Shown piece by piece: positions 51,345-61,592 of a DNA stretch of 64,000 nucleotides. The position numbers were made by a program, and so were the translations under genes. Under the pieces are notes generated by a model. The model saw only the letters and a program-made list of their open reading frames with translations. It had not been told where the DNA came from and ran no database searches. Numbering within the stretch: position 1 is the stretch's first letter; every line of letters begins with the position of its first letter. Location: IMG/VR virus record IMGVR_UViG_3300010160_000036, positions 12,353 to 76,352 of that record, one strand, 5' to 3'. Origin of the DNA: a virus.

Positions 51345-52519
51345 GTAATACATTATGCGTATTACCCTGGATGCATCTAGCAACACATCCAAACGGGGGC
51401 GCAAGCCTCTGTTGCCGTAGCAACCACACAGACGCAGTTAGTTGGGCAAAAAAATCTAACACACATAATCTTGTTATGTTAGATAACGATAGTGTGGAAG
51501 ATATAATGAACAGCGAGAAGTTCGTTGAAGTTAGACAAGCAATGATTGATGGTAAACGACCTGTTGAATGTGAAGGTTGTTGGAAAGATGAAGATGCTGG
51601 CATTAAAAGTAAACGCCAGTACGAGAATGAGCGTTGGGCACACATTATTCCTAAACTTGAACAAACGGCAAAGCTCAGTGATATCAACTTAATATATGTG
51701 GAACTACGTTTGGGTAATGTGTGCAACAATGCCTGCTTAACTTGCAACAGTTATAGCAGTACTAAATGGTATCCTGATGAGAAAAAGATTGCTAACGTTT
51801 TACCCTGGTTCAAACTACGTGCAATGGAGAACTTCAAATGGTTTGAAAATGAAAATTTCTATCGGGATTTAGCAAACAGTAGTCAATCTGTAGAAGAAAT
51901 CTATATCAATGGTGGCGAACCTACATTAATTAAGGCTCACTTTGAATACTTGAAACATTTGATTACATTGGGTACATCACAGAACGTACATCTTGTGTAT
52001 AGTCTAAACATGATGGATATACCTGACAGATTGATTGAGTTATGGAAAGAATTCAAACAAGTTACAGTCAACGCAAGTATTGATGATTTGGGCAATCGTA
52101 ACTATTACATACGTTATCCTACACAATGGGAAGAGACGGTTGCAAGTATTGAGAAACTGACTAAGCTACCTAACTTAAATTGGCATGTTACTCAGACTGT
52201 TAGTATTCTTAACATCTACCATTTAGCAGAGTTTGGTAATTGGTTAGAAACTAACTATAACAAAACACCTCATCATAACTATGTATTGTACCCGGACTAT
52301 TTGAGTCTTGCAACATTGCCTGATTTCTATAAAGAAGAACTACGTAGTCATTATGCAAATAGGTTACATGAATGGCAACGTAAAGATTTATTGAATAAAT
52401 TACACGAACCGTACCAACCTAACTTGCTACAAAAAGCAAAAGAGTTTATAATAGCAGTTGATAACGCACGTGGGTTAGACTATAAAAATTATATACCAGA
52501 ATTAAAAGAAATATTATGA
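51341..52519 (+). CDS. Radical SAM enzyme 4, N-terminal twitch-like domain (CC type)
   Basis: CNNACLTC, NGGEP; CVLPW..LCC..CEGCW. The ATGA overlap supports start 51341. Confidence 0.92.
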   Translation: MSNTLCVLPWMHLATHPNGGASLCCRSNHTDAVSWAKKSNTHNLVMLDNDSVEDIMNSEKFVEVRQAMIDGKRPVECEGCWKDEDAGIKSKRQYENERWAHIIPKLEQTAKLSDINLIYVELRLGNVCNNACLTCNSYSSTKWYPDEKKIANVLPWFKLRAMENFKWFENENFYRDLANSSQSVEEIYINGGEPTLIKAHFEYLKHLITLGTSQNVHLVYSLNMMDIPDRLIELWKEFKQVTVNASIDDLGNRNYYIRYPTQWEETVASIEKLTKLPNLNWHVTQTVSILNIYHLAEFGNWLETNYNKTPHHNYVLYPDYLSLATLPDFYKEELRSHYANRLHEWQRKDLLNKLHEPYQPNLLQKAKEFIIAVDNARGLDYKNYIPELKEIL

Positions 52520-53802
52520 TACCAATTATACCCGATAAAATTAAAGATTCATTCTGTTCAGCTAAATGGTTGATGGCTACTATGCACTTTGGTATGGGTG
52601 AAAATCACTCATGCTATCACCCACCTATACATCGTTGGAACTTAGAAGATGTAAAACGTGATCCTAGTATGCTTCACAACACAGCGCATAAGATTGAACA
52701 ACGCAGACAAATGATGAATGGCGAGAAGCCAAAAGAATGTTACTATTGCTTTGACATGGAAGCAATCAATCCTAATGTCATCAGCGACCGTAAACGTTTT
52801 ACCAATGAACACTATGCGATTGAACGTAGACAGGAATTAATTGATGCACCATTTGATAAACCAATAAATCCTAGTTATCTAGAGTTGAGTTTTAGTAACG
52901 TATGTAACTTTGGTTGTAGTTATTGTTCACCTGGGCAATCAAGTAAGTGGGAACAAGAAGTTCGAAAATACGGAAGCTATCCGGTTGAAGATCATACAGT
53001 ACATGCTGACAAGATGCATGATATGATCCCAGAAGATGATAATCCATACATTGATGCATTCTGGAAGTGGTTGCCTGATGCATATAAAGACTTAAAATAT
53101 TTACGCATCACCGGTGGAGAACCACTTGCTACACGTAACTTTATGAAGTTATTAGACTTTGTAGCAGTTAATCACAATCCTAATTTAACACTAGTTGTCA
53201 ATACAAATCTATCAGTGCCTGACAAGAACTTAAACATGTTCTTTGAAAAAGCAACAACACTACTAAATGCTAAGACTATCAAGGGTCTTGAAGTATACAC
53301 TAGTATGGATACATGGGGGCCTCAGGCAGAATACATACGTGACGGATTAGATATTGCACGTTGGGAAAATACAGTACGCAAAGTAAGTACAACATTTCAT
53401 GTGCCAATTCGTGTAATGGTTACATTTGGATTGATGAGCGTTTTTAACTTTCAAACGTTTGTTGAGAAAGTAATACAGATGCGTAATGAAGGTATTGATA
53501 TTATGTTCAATTGTGCTAGGCTCGTTGATCCTAAACACTTTGACTTACGTATATTACCTGATTATTGTGACACATACTTCACTAAAGTAAATTCATTTAT
53601 CATAGATAACAGTCGAGTGGTCAATGTTGAAAGAGAAACATGGCAGATGGTTTATGATTTTTGGAAAACAAGACATGATACAATGACACCTGAAGACCGT
53701 GCATGGCGCCAAGATCAATTTGTTAAATTCATCAGTGAATATGACAAGCGCAGGAATAAGAATTTTAAAGATAACTTCCCAGAACTGTTAACATGGATTT
53801 AA
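52516..53802 (+). CDS. Radical SAM enzyme 5, N-terminal twitch-like domain (C/H type)
   Basis: CNFGCSYC, TGGEP; CSAKW..SCYH..CYYC. Confidence 0.92.
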   Translation: MIPIIPDKIKDSFCSAKWLMATMHFGMGENHSCYHPPIHRWNLEDVKRDPSMLHNTAHKIEQRRQMMNGEKPKECYYCFDMEAINPNVISDRKRFTNEHYAIERRQELIDAPFDKPINPSYLELSFSNVCNFGCSYCSPGQSSKWEQEVRKYGSYPVEDHTVHADKMHDMIPEDDNPYIDAFWKWLPDAYKDLKYLRITGGEPLATRNFMKLLDFVAVNHNPNLTLVVNTNLSVPDKNLNMFFEKATTLLNAKTIKGLEVYTSMDTWGPQAEYIRDGLDIARWENTVRKVSTTFHVPIRVMVTFGLMSVFNFQTFVEKVIQMRNEGIDIMFNCARLVDPKHFDLRILPDYCDTYFTKVNSFIIDNSRVVNVERETWQMVYDFWKTRHDTMTPEDRAWRQDQFVKFISEYDKRRNKNFKDNFPELLTWI

Positions 53803-54980
53803 CACCTTTTAAAAATTGTTTAGCATTAAAAAATAGCATTTTTATTGCAAATGAAGTAAAGCCATACAGGCCTTGCTGTTGGTTTAAAACGGATATTGAT
53901 GCAACAGATATTGATGATTATAGAAACCAACTAGCTAACATAGACATTGAAAAAAACTGTGACTATTGTATTCAACAAGAAAAGGGTGGAGCTTATAGTT
54001 ATCGGCAACACTTTGTTGATATTGATGATACAGTAATAATAACTGCCTCATTTGATAATATTTGTAATTTAAAATGTATCACCTGTACTCCTAATAATAG
54101 CACACAGATACTTGCAGAGAGATTTAAATTTGAAAATAAAGCTGATGCAGAATTTAATCGTAAGTATATATTAGAAAATATTTCCAATCAAGCACCTAAG
54201 AAAATTGACTTTATTAAATTACTTTTGGCTAAAACAGAATTTAAAAAATTAAGATTTAGTATATTGGGCGGAGAACCATTAATTAATCCGGCTATATTTG
54301 AGTTTTTAGACTGGTTAGTTGAACAGCCTTATGCAAAACAAACAACAATAACAATAACAACAAACGGTACAACTTACAATGAAAAATTATTAAGATACAT
54401 TAATGTATTTGAACGAATAAATGTACAATTAAGCATTGACGGAATTGAAGAAGAATTTGAATATCTTAGATTTGGAGCATCATTTGAAACTTTAAAAAAA
54501 GTTTGTGATTCTTTTTATGACTTAACTAAAAAATATGATAATTTTTATATGGGATGTCATTATACCTTATCATGGATGAATTGTTTAGATTTTTATAAAT
54601 TTTTTAATTGGATGCAAACTAATTACCCTAATGTATCTGATATATATATTAGTAAATTGCGAGACCCTGAACCATTTTCTATTGACTTATTAGCATTAGA
54701 TATGCGAACAAAAATATATAGTGATGTTATTTCTAAAATGGATACTTCCAAAAGTCAAACATATGAAAAAACATTATTTTTATACAAAGAACACATGTTA
54801 AACACTACACACGATGTATTTGATTTAGAAAAATTTAATTTAGGAGTACAGTTACTAAATGTACACGATTTTAGACGCGGGAACAATCACATGATTGTAG
54901 TAAAAGATTTTATGAAATTTATGAATTTTGATTTTGACAAATTGGTAACAAAGCGGTGGAAAAATAAAAATGATAGATAA
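53793..54980 (+). CDS. Radical SAM enzyme 6, N-terminal twitch-like domain (CC type, shortened)
   Basis: CNLKCITC, LGGEP; CLAL..PCC..CDYC. Confidence 0.9.
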   Translation: MDLTPFKNCLALKNSIFIANEVKPYRPCCWFKTDIDATDIDDYRNQLANIDIEKNCDYCIQQEKGGAYSYRQHFVDIDDTVIITASFDNICNLKCITCTPNNSTQILAERFKFENKADAEFNRKYILENISNQAPKKIDFIKLLLAKTEFKKLRFSILGGEPLINPAIFEFLDWLVEQPYAKQTTITITTNGTTYNEKLLRYINVFERINVQLSIDGIEEEFEYLRFGASFETLKKVCDSFYDLTKKYDNFYMGCHYTLSWMNCLDFYKFFNWMQTNYPNVSDIYISKLRDPEPFSIDLLALDMRTKIYSDVISKMDTSKSQTYEKTLFLYKEHMLNTTHDVFDLEKFNLGVQLLNVHDFRRGNNHMIVVKDFMKFMNFDFDKLVTKRWKNKNDR

Positions 54981-56286
54981 AAATATTGACGAATTACCAA
55001 AAACTTTTTGTAGTGTAGCTTGGTTACAGATACACACTGAACCTGATGGCAAAGTGTTTCCTTGTTGTTATTACAGCCATGAAAGTAAACACAATCTAGG
55101 CAATTGGAACAAAGAAAAGATTGTTGACATATTTCACGGACAAAAATGGAATGAACTTAGAAAAGACTTTTTAGATGGTAAAAAGCCTACTGCTTGTACT
55201 AGGTGTTGGAAAGAAGAAGATTCTGGTATTGTGAGTATGCGCCAGCGATTTAATGAACGCTATTCAAACTTTCCAGATTATACTAATCGTAATGGATATA
55301 ATAAATTTGATGATATCGTATCTATAGGTAACAACGACGGTTCAGTAGAAGATATTAAATTAGCTACGGTAGATTTGATATTTAATAATCTATGCAATAT
55401 GAAGTGTAGAACATGCGGCCCGGGATTAAGCACAGGCTGGATACCAGACGAAATTAAATTGGGTCGCTCTAAGATACATCCAGTAACACTATCACTATTA
55501 ACAAATGAAACTGTTACTCATATGAAAGATGATTTGATAGAATTAGTTAATATGGTTGATCCATATACAGAGATTCATTTCAGTGGCGGTGAACCAATGA
55601 TGCAAGAGGATCATTACTTGTTTTTACAATTATTATTAGACATGGGCAAAACAAAAGTAAAAATAAGATATAATACTAATCTGACAATGTACTCTCTAAA
55701 AGAATATCATGCATTTGAAATGCTACAACATTTTAACAATGTATTCATTGTGGGAAGTATTGATGCCATGGGAGCACAAGGAGAGTATATACGTAAAGGT
55801 TTTAATTGGGAAAAGGCTCTTGAATGGTTAAAAACATGTAAACAATATTTACCTAATATTGATTACGGGGTTAGTGCTGTGTTTGAGTTGTTTAATGCAT
55901 CGGCCGCAGTAGACCTACACAGGTATATGTGTGAGAGTGATTTATTTAAACGTGGTGATGGATCTAATTTTGGATTTTATTTAAACACATTACATGATCC
56001 GGAATGGTTAAGAACAACGTTGTTGCCATTGGATGTTAAAAAAGTAGTTACTGAAAAAATTAACAAACATATTGAATGGTTAAATGAAACACAGCCGCAC
56101 GATATTCATTATGATGTGTATATAGATCATTGGAAAAACGCTATAACATTAATGAATAGTAAAGATGAGACCAATAATATACCCCGGTTTTATAAAGAAA
56201 CACATTTGCTAGACAGTATTCGTAACGAGAAGTTTGAAGAAGTATTTCCAGAATTACACGAAAAAATGAAACCATATGACAAATGA
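54970..56286 (+). CDS. Radical SAM enzyme 7, N-terminal twitch-like domain (CC type)
   Basis: CNMKCRTC, SGGEP; CSVAW..GKVFPCC..CTRCW. Confidence 0.92.
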   Translation: MIDKNIDELPKTFCSVAWLQIHTEPDGKVFPCCYYSHESKHNLGNWNKEKIVDIFHGQKWNELRKDFLDGKKPTACTRCWKEEDSGIVSMRQRFNERYSNFPDYTNRNGYNKFDDIVSIGNNDGSVEDIKLATVDLIFNNLCNMKCRTCGPGLSTGWIPDEIKLGRSKIHPVTLSLLTNETVTHMKDDLIELVNMVDPYTEIHFSGGEPMMQEDHYLFLQLLLDMGKTKVKIRYNTNLTMYSLKEYHAFEMLQHFNNVFIVGSIDAMGAQGEYIRKGFNWEKALEWLKTCKQYLPNIDYGVSAVFELFNASAAVDLHRYMCESDLFKRGDGSNFGFYLNTLHDPEWLRTTLLPLDVKKVVTEKINKHIEWLNETQPHDIHYDVYIDHWKNAITLMNSKDETNNIPRFYKETHLLDSIRNEKFEEVFPELHEKMKPYDK

Positions 56287-57607
56287 TTTTAATCCAGTTG
56301 AAATGGCTAAGAATAGCAAAACGTTTTGCATTTTTCCATGGATACAACAATATGTAGGACCACCGGGAGATGTTAAGCCTTGCTGTGTGTATGACAATCA
56401 AGCTGAAATAGGTAGTTTAAAAGAAAACACATTAGCAGAAATCTGGAACAACGATAAAACAAAACAAATGCGATTGAATTTTCTTAATGGAATTGAAGAA
56501 CCCAGTTGTAGTATATGTAACCGCCGCGCTGATTTGGGTCATGCACATAAGAACGAGTACAACAAAATGTTTTTTGACAATGATGAAGAAATTCAAAAAA
56601 TTGTAGCAAGTACAAATGCCGACGGATCATTGGATGAGCACAAACTATATTATATTGATGTTAGATATAATAATCTATGTAATTTAAGTTGTCGTAGTTG
56701 TGCTCCGCATTTTAGTACAAGTTGGGTAATGGATCATCGCAAGTTGTACAACTTAGATGTAAGGCGTGAAAAAGATGATGGGTTTCAATTTCCGGGTAAA
56801 ACAGAAGGCCAAGCACTAGAAGAAATACTACCACACCTAGCTACAGCAAAGATGATTTATTTTGCAGGCGGTGAGCCATTGATGCAAAAAGAACATTATG
56901 AAGTTCTTAACAAGCTAATTGAATTGGGTAATACTGATTTAGAGATACGTTACAATACAAACTTCAGCAATTTTAAATTAAAGAAATATGACAATGTATT
57001 AGAGTATTGGAAGAAGTTCTCAAATGTACACGTATATGCTAGCTTAGATGGTAGCCACGAAAGGGGTGAGTACTGGCGTAATGGCATAGATTGGAAACAA
57101 GTTGTAGCAAACCGTAAACAAATGATGGAAGAATGTCCACATGTGCATTTTATGATTTCATATACTCTAAGCTGGCCCAATGCGTTTAACTTAGTAGAGT
57201 TTCATAAAGAGTGGGTAGAATTAGGTTATCTTAGACCGGAAGACATATTGTTAAATCCATTAGACACACCACCATACTATTGTTTAAAGAACATTCCAGA
57301 TTGGAAAAAGCGTGAAATTGAAGAGGCACTACAAAAGAATATAGTTTGGCTTAAATCTTTTGGACATCCTTACGGAATCATAAGTATGTATGAAACAGCA
57401 ATTAAATTTATGTGGGACGAAAACGGACAGTATCATAATGGCATCAATGAAAGCCTGAAAGAGTTTAATAAGATTACTACACGATTGGATGAGATACGTA
57501 GCCAAAGTTTTTTTGACGTATACCCTGAGCACATGAATATGAAGAATTACCTGATTTATAATAATTTGGATGTTGAATTTAGTGACAACAAATTTAAGAA
57601 ATACTAA
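56276..57607 (+). CDS. Radical SAM enzyme 8, N-terminal twitch-like domain (CC type)
   Basis: CNLSCRSC, AGGEP; CIFPW..GDVKPCC..IGSL..CSIC. Confidence 0.92.
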   Translation: MTNDFNPVEMAKNSKTFCIFPWIQQYVGPPGDVKPCCVYDNQAEIGSLKENTLAEIWNNDKTKQMRLNFLNGIEEPSCSICNRRADLGHAHKNEYNKMFFDNDEEIQKIVASTNADGSLDEHKLYYIDVRYNNLCNLSCRSCAPHFSTSWVMDHRKLYNLDVRREKDDGFQFPGKTEGQALEEILPHLATAKMIYFAGGEPLMQKEHYEVLNKLIELGNTDLEIRYNTNFSNFKLKKYDNVLEYWKKFSNVHVYASLDGSHERGEYWRNGIDWKQVVANRKQMMEECPHVHFMISYTLSWPNAFNLVEFHKEWVELGYLRPEDILLNPLDTPPYYCLKNIPDWKKREIEEALQKNIVWLKSFGHPYGIISMYETAIKFMWDENGQYHNGINESLKEFNKITTRLDEIRSQSFFDVYPEHMNMKNYLIYNNLDVEFSDNKFKKY

Positions 57608-58860
57608 TGGACGAAAAGAAATTATTTAAGATAAGAGATGAAACAAGTAATACGTTTTGTCTTGCAAAATTCCATGAGGCAAGTATCTGGGTTTACTCAG
57701 GTAAGATTGCCAGTTGCCATTACACTCCGTTTATTCAAGTAGGTAATACAGTAGACACTTTCTACAACCCTACTGAAAAACGTGAACAACAAAAGAAAAT
57801 GTTGGCAGGAGAACAGCCACCTGCATGTGATAGTTGCTGGCGATATGAAAATTTAGGATTACGTAGTGACAGAACACGTAAGAGTTTAAGTTTCACAAAC
57901 CACTTGGCCGCAGAAGATTATAAGAATCCCAACTATGTATTCAAACCTAAAGCATTAGAGTTAGCATTTCAAAACACATGTAATCTAGCTTGTAGCTATT
58001 GTAGTCCTCAATTCAGTACTAGCTGGATTAACGATATCAAAGTGAATGGTGTATATCAAGGAATCATTACTGACGACCGTAGACACTATCAGAAAGATAT
58101 CAACGAACTCAATGAAATGATTGACCCTCCTGATATGACATTGTTCTGGGAGTGGTTTGAAAGTGTTGCTACTAGTTTAGAATCTATTCGTGTGTCAGGT
58201 GGAGAGCCATTAATGCACGAAGAAGTTTTTCGTGTATTTGAAATGATGACAGAGATGAACTCAGATATTGAATGCGTGATACACAGCAACCTTTGCCAAA
58301 AGCCTGTAATCATGGATAGATTCTTTGATAAGATTAGTGGATTGACTAATTTACGTATGAATATCAGTAATGAATCCGCTAATGAAACAGCAGAATTCAT
58401 TCGTGAAGGTATGGTCTACGCTGAATGGTTAGAAAACATTGAACGATTAGCAAACAGCACAGTTAAAGAATTTAGTGTAAGTACAACAGTAAGTGCAATC
58501 GCATTGCAATCGCTTGAACAAATGTATTTGGACATTATTACTATTCGCAACCGTTCTAAAGTTAAACCCTATATCTCTATTAATATGGTTGACAAACCAG
58601 ACTTTCAAGGATTTGCTTGCTTAACACGTGAAGAACGTGATTTCTATATTAACAAATACACTAAGTTTTATGAGTCAATCAAAGATGAGTTATTACCTGT
58701 AGAACACGAACATTGTGCTAGACTACTTAAATTCTTAGATGAAGGTTTCATTAAAGAAACTCAACCACAATTGCGTAAAGACAGTGATATATTCTTTGAA
58801 CAATATACACAACGTAGAAATAAACCAGACAATCTAGCAAAATATATAGGATTAAAATAA
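57607..58860 (+). CDS. Radical SAM enzyme 9, N-terminal twitch-like domain (C/H type)
   Basis: CNLACSYC, SGGEP; CLAKF..SCHY..CDSCW. Confidence 0.92.
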   Translation: MDEKKLFKIRDETSNTFCLAKFHEASIWVYSGKIASCHYTPFIQVGNTVDTFYNPTEKREQQKKMLAGEQPPACDSCWRYENLGLRSDRTRKSLSFTNHLAAEDYKNPNYVFKPKALELAFQNTCNLACSYCSPQFSTSWINDIKVNGVYQGIITDDRRHYQKDINELNEMIDPPDMTLFWEWFESVATSLESIRVSGGEPLMHEEVFRVFEMMTEMNSDIECVIHSNLCQKPVIMDRFFDKISGLTNLRMNISNESANETAEFIREGMVYAEWLENIERLANSTVKEFSVSTTVSAIALQSLEQMYLDIITIRNRSKVKPYISINMVDKPDFQGFACLTREERDFYINKYTKFYESIKDELLPVEHEHCARLLKFLDEGFIKETQPQLRKDSDIFFEQYTQRRNKPDNLAKYIGLK

Positions 58861-60032
58861 TGGAACAAATGTATGAAGTAGAAAATGTAAAAAGATTACA
58901 TATAGAATTATCTAGTAGATGTAATGCTAATTGTCCTGCATGTAGTAGAAACTATTCAGGTGGTCCTGTTGCAGATGGTTTAGAACTAACTGACTTGTCA
59001 CTAGATGACATTAAGCGTATGGTTCCCGAAGAGATAGCAAAGAATTTAATTGGTATAAATTTCTGTGGAAACGTGGGTGATCCGGGTATGGCGCCAGACT
59101 TAATACCTATATTAGAATATTTTAGAGAACATTCTCCTAAAATTGTTCAACAGCTTAGAACTAACGGTGGTATGCGTAATGAAAAATTTTGGACGTCACT
59201 GGGAAACTTCTTTGTAAATCAATCACCTGCAAGAGACAATCATTTGTTCAGCAAAGCCGGAGTTGTGTTTAGTGTGGATGGATTGGAAGATACTAATCAT
59301 ATATACAGACGAGGTGTTATTTGGGAAAAACTAATCAAAAATATGAGAGCATATAGCGCAACAGGCGCATTTGCTGTTTGGGAATGGTTGTTATTTGAAC
59401 ACAATGAGCATCAAGTTGAAGAAGCTAGAATATTATCAAAAGAATTAGGGTTTGAGTTTATTGTTAAAAATCCATTGGGATTTGGAGAGTATGAAGATAC
59501 ATTGAATGGAATTAATGTATACGGCAAAGATGGTGACTATGAATATACTATTTGGCCTTCTAAGTATACTGGTTTCAGAAAAGATCCTCCGTTTGGAAAC
59601 AAAGTTGATTTCAAATTTATGAATCAAAAAAGAATTCCTATTTTATCCGAATTTAGTAAAGAATTAGAGAAGAATTCAGCGATAGTTTGTAAGTCAATCG
59701 AACACAAAGAATCAAAAGAAATATACATATCAGCAAATGGTTATATGTTACCGTGTTGTTTCTTAGGCGGGGTGTTTGGTCAGTTTAATAGTTCATATTC
59801 TCGTCATCAATTTAACAAGATGATTAATGATTATGGATTAGAGGTGTTTAACTTAAAGAATCAATCAATATTAGACATTATTCAAGGCTCTGATTTTAGT
59901 AAGTTCTTCTTAGATGGTTGGAAAGCAGATACTATTGAGAATGGCAAACTGTTATATTGTTTAGAAACATGCGGACATAAATCTGCAATGGATAAGTTGT
60001 ATAGTAAAAAAATTATAGAGGTAAACAAATGA
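58860..60032 (+). CDS. Radical SAM enzyme 10, C-terminal twitch/SPASM-like domain
   Basis: N-terminal CNANCPAC, GNVGDP, TNG; C-terminal C..YISANGYMLPCC..CLETC. Confidence 0.92.
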   Translation: MEQMYEVENVKRLHIELSSRCNANCPACSRNYSGGPVADGLELTDLSLDDIKRMVPEEIAKNLIGINFCGNVGDPGMAPDLIPILEYFREHSPKIVQQLRTNGGMRNEKFWTSLGNFFVNQSPARDNHLFSKAGVVFSVDGLEDTNHIYRRGVIWEKLIKNMRAYSATGAFAVWEWLLFEHNEHQVEEARILSKELGFEFIVKNPLGFGEYEDTLNGINVYGKDGDYEYTIWPSKYTGFRKDPPFGNKVDFKFMNQKRIPILSEFSKELEKNSAIVCKSIEHKESKEIYISANGYMLPCCFLGGVFGQFNSSYSRHQFNKMINDYGLEVFNLKNQSILDIIQGSDFSKFFLDGWKADTIENGKLLYCLETCGHKSAMDKLYSKKIIEVNK

Positions 60033-60763
60033 AAATAGGTGTATTTGGTGATAGTTTTGCAGATAGAACGCCGTACAATCCAGAGAGCCCCTTCAAAGAA
60101 GATGAGTCGTGGATTGCCGATATGGAATCAGCCGGACACAAGATAACATCGTACGGAAAAACAGGAACTTCTACGTGGTATTCATACGAACAATTTTTAG
60201 CTCATCATGAACAATTCGAGTGGATAATATTTTGTTATTCGTCATTGCATCGTATTCATCACTTGCCTGAAGGTCTTGAAGATTTAAGTTTCTTGACATC
60301 CCCGGATGACTTGTATGCATATGGAAGAAATAAAGGATTGTCTCAGCAACAAGAACTAGAAATAGTTAGAATATTAACTGGACATATTCCAAATATTAGT
60401 CCATCGTTTGACCAATTTGTGAAACAAAAAATATTTGATGATATCAACAATATTTGCAGAAATAAAAATATTAAGTTGGTTAATTTACTAACATTTGATG
60501 ATAGGAAAGATAAAACCTATGCTATTAATTTAGATAGCCGAAGTGGAGATTGCCTATACAATTTATTTTCTGTAAGTAAAAAAGAGTTACCTACTATGGG
60601 AATATTAGATAATAGATGGTGTCATTTGTCTAAAGAGTTTAATACGATACTATCTACTATATTGTTTAATGCATTAGCAGGCGATGGTAAAACTATATTT
60701 GACTTGTATAAACATAAAGATTTTACATATGACGAAGAAATCACAGCAAGATACAATATATGA
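60029..60763 (+). CDS. SGNH/GDSL-fold hydrolase or acyltransferase-like protein
   Basis: GVFGDSF block I, G..GTS block II, C-terminal CHLS...N. Confidence 0.6.
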   Translation: MKIGVFGDSFADRTPYNPESPFKEDESWIADMESAGHKITSYGKTGTSTWYSYEQFLAHHEQFEWIIFCYSSLHRIHHLPEGLEDLSFLTSPDDLYAYGRNKGLSQQQELEIVRILTGHIPNISPSFDQFVKQKIFDDINNICRNKNIKLVNLLTFDDRKDKTYAINLDSRSGDCLYNLFSVSKKELPTMGILDNRWCHLSKEFNTILSTILFNALAGDGKTIFDLYKHKDFTYDEEITARYNI

Positions 60764-61584
60764 CAAGACGAATAGTTATAGCCGGCGATAGTTTTACGTT
60801 TGGGCATGGTTGTTCAGATAGAATATACTATTACGATGAGCAATCTGAATCATTTGTGGGGGATCCTACTCATTTTCATAATCCTAAACCTAGTGACTTC
60901 TGTTGGCCGGCATTATTACAACAAAGATATCCTGATCTAGAAGTTATTAATTTAGCCAACCCGGGTAATTCTAATCAAGGAATATTTCGTGACATAGTAA
61001 AGTATTTCAATAATAATCCGTGTAATGACAATGATATATTAATGTTTCATGGAACATTAGCTGACAGACTAGAAATCGCATTAGCTGACAACCCTGAGGT
61101 ACCTGCGTCTTGGGTTATTGGATATGACCATCAGAGTCAAATGGATAGTACTAGGGATTATAATCTAGCAAAAAAAATGTATCTTACTCATTTATACAAT
61201 GATGCTATTGGAGTTAACTTATCCATGACTGCTATGTTAGCATCATATGGGTTTGCTACCGGATTTAATATTAAATTTGTTTGGAGTTTGCCATTGATAG
61301 TAACAATAGATCAACCTAATGACCTTAAAACTCTGCTAAACTTTGACACGTTTAAATTTATTCCTCGCCGCAAATTTATGTGGAAGGGGTTTCCAATGCA
61401 TAGAATGATCTCTCCGGAATTGCACCAACACAGAGTAGATACAATTATGAATCATGACTTTTCTGGTATAAAAAATAGTGAATTCAATGCAGAATGTGTT
61501 GCACCGGATAGGCATGTCAATAACAAGGGACATTCTATCTATTTGGAAAAAGTAATACTACCCTCACTACAAAATCTTCTATAA
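60760..61584 (+). CDS. SGNH/GDSL-fold hydrolase or acyltransferase-like protein
   Basis: AGDSFTFG, NLANPGNSN, DRHVN.KGH. Confidence 0.7.
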   Translation: MTRRIVIAGDSFTFGHGCSDRIYYYDEQSESFVGDPTHFHNPKPSDFCWPALLQQRYPDLEVINLANPGNSNQGIFRDIVKYFNNNPCNDNDILMFHGTLADRLEIALADNPEVPASWVIGYDHQSQMDSTRDYNLAKKMYLTHLYNDAIGVNLSMTAMLASYGFATGFNIKFVWSLPLIVTIDQPNDLKTLLNFDTFKFIPRRKFMWKGFPMHRMISPELHQHRVDTIMNHDFSGIKNSEFNAECVAPDRHVNNKGHSIYLEKVILPSLQNLL

Positions 61585-61587
61585 ATA
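61580..61587 (+). promoter_or_regulatory. Exact T4 late promoter TATAAATA, internal to the operon
   Basis: Overlaps the upstream stop codon; ATG 61593 follows 5 nt later. Confidence 0.55.
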
Positions 61588-61592
61588 TCTAT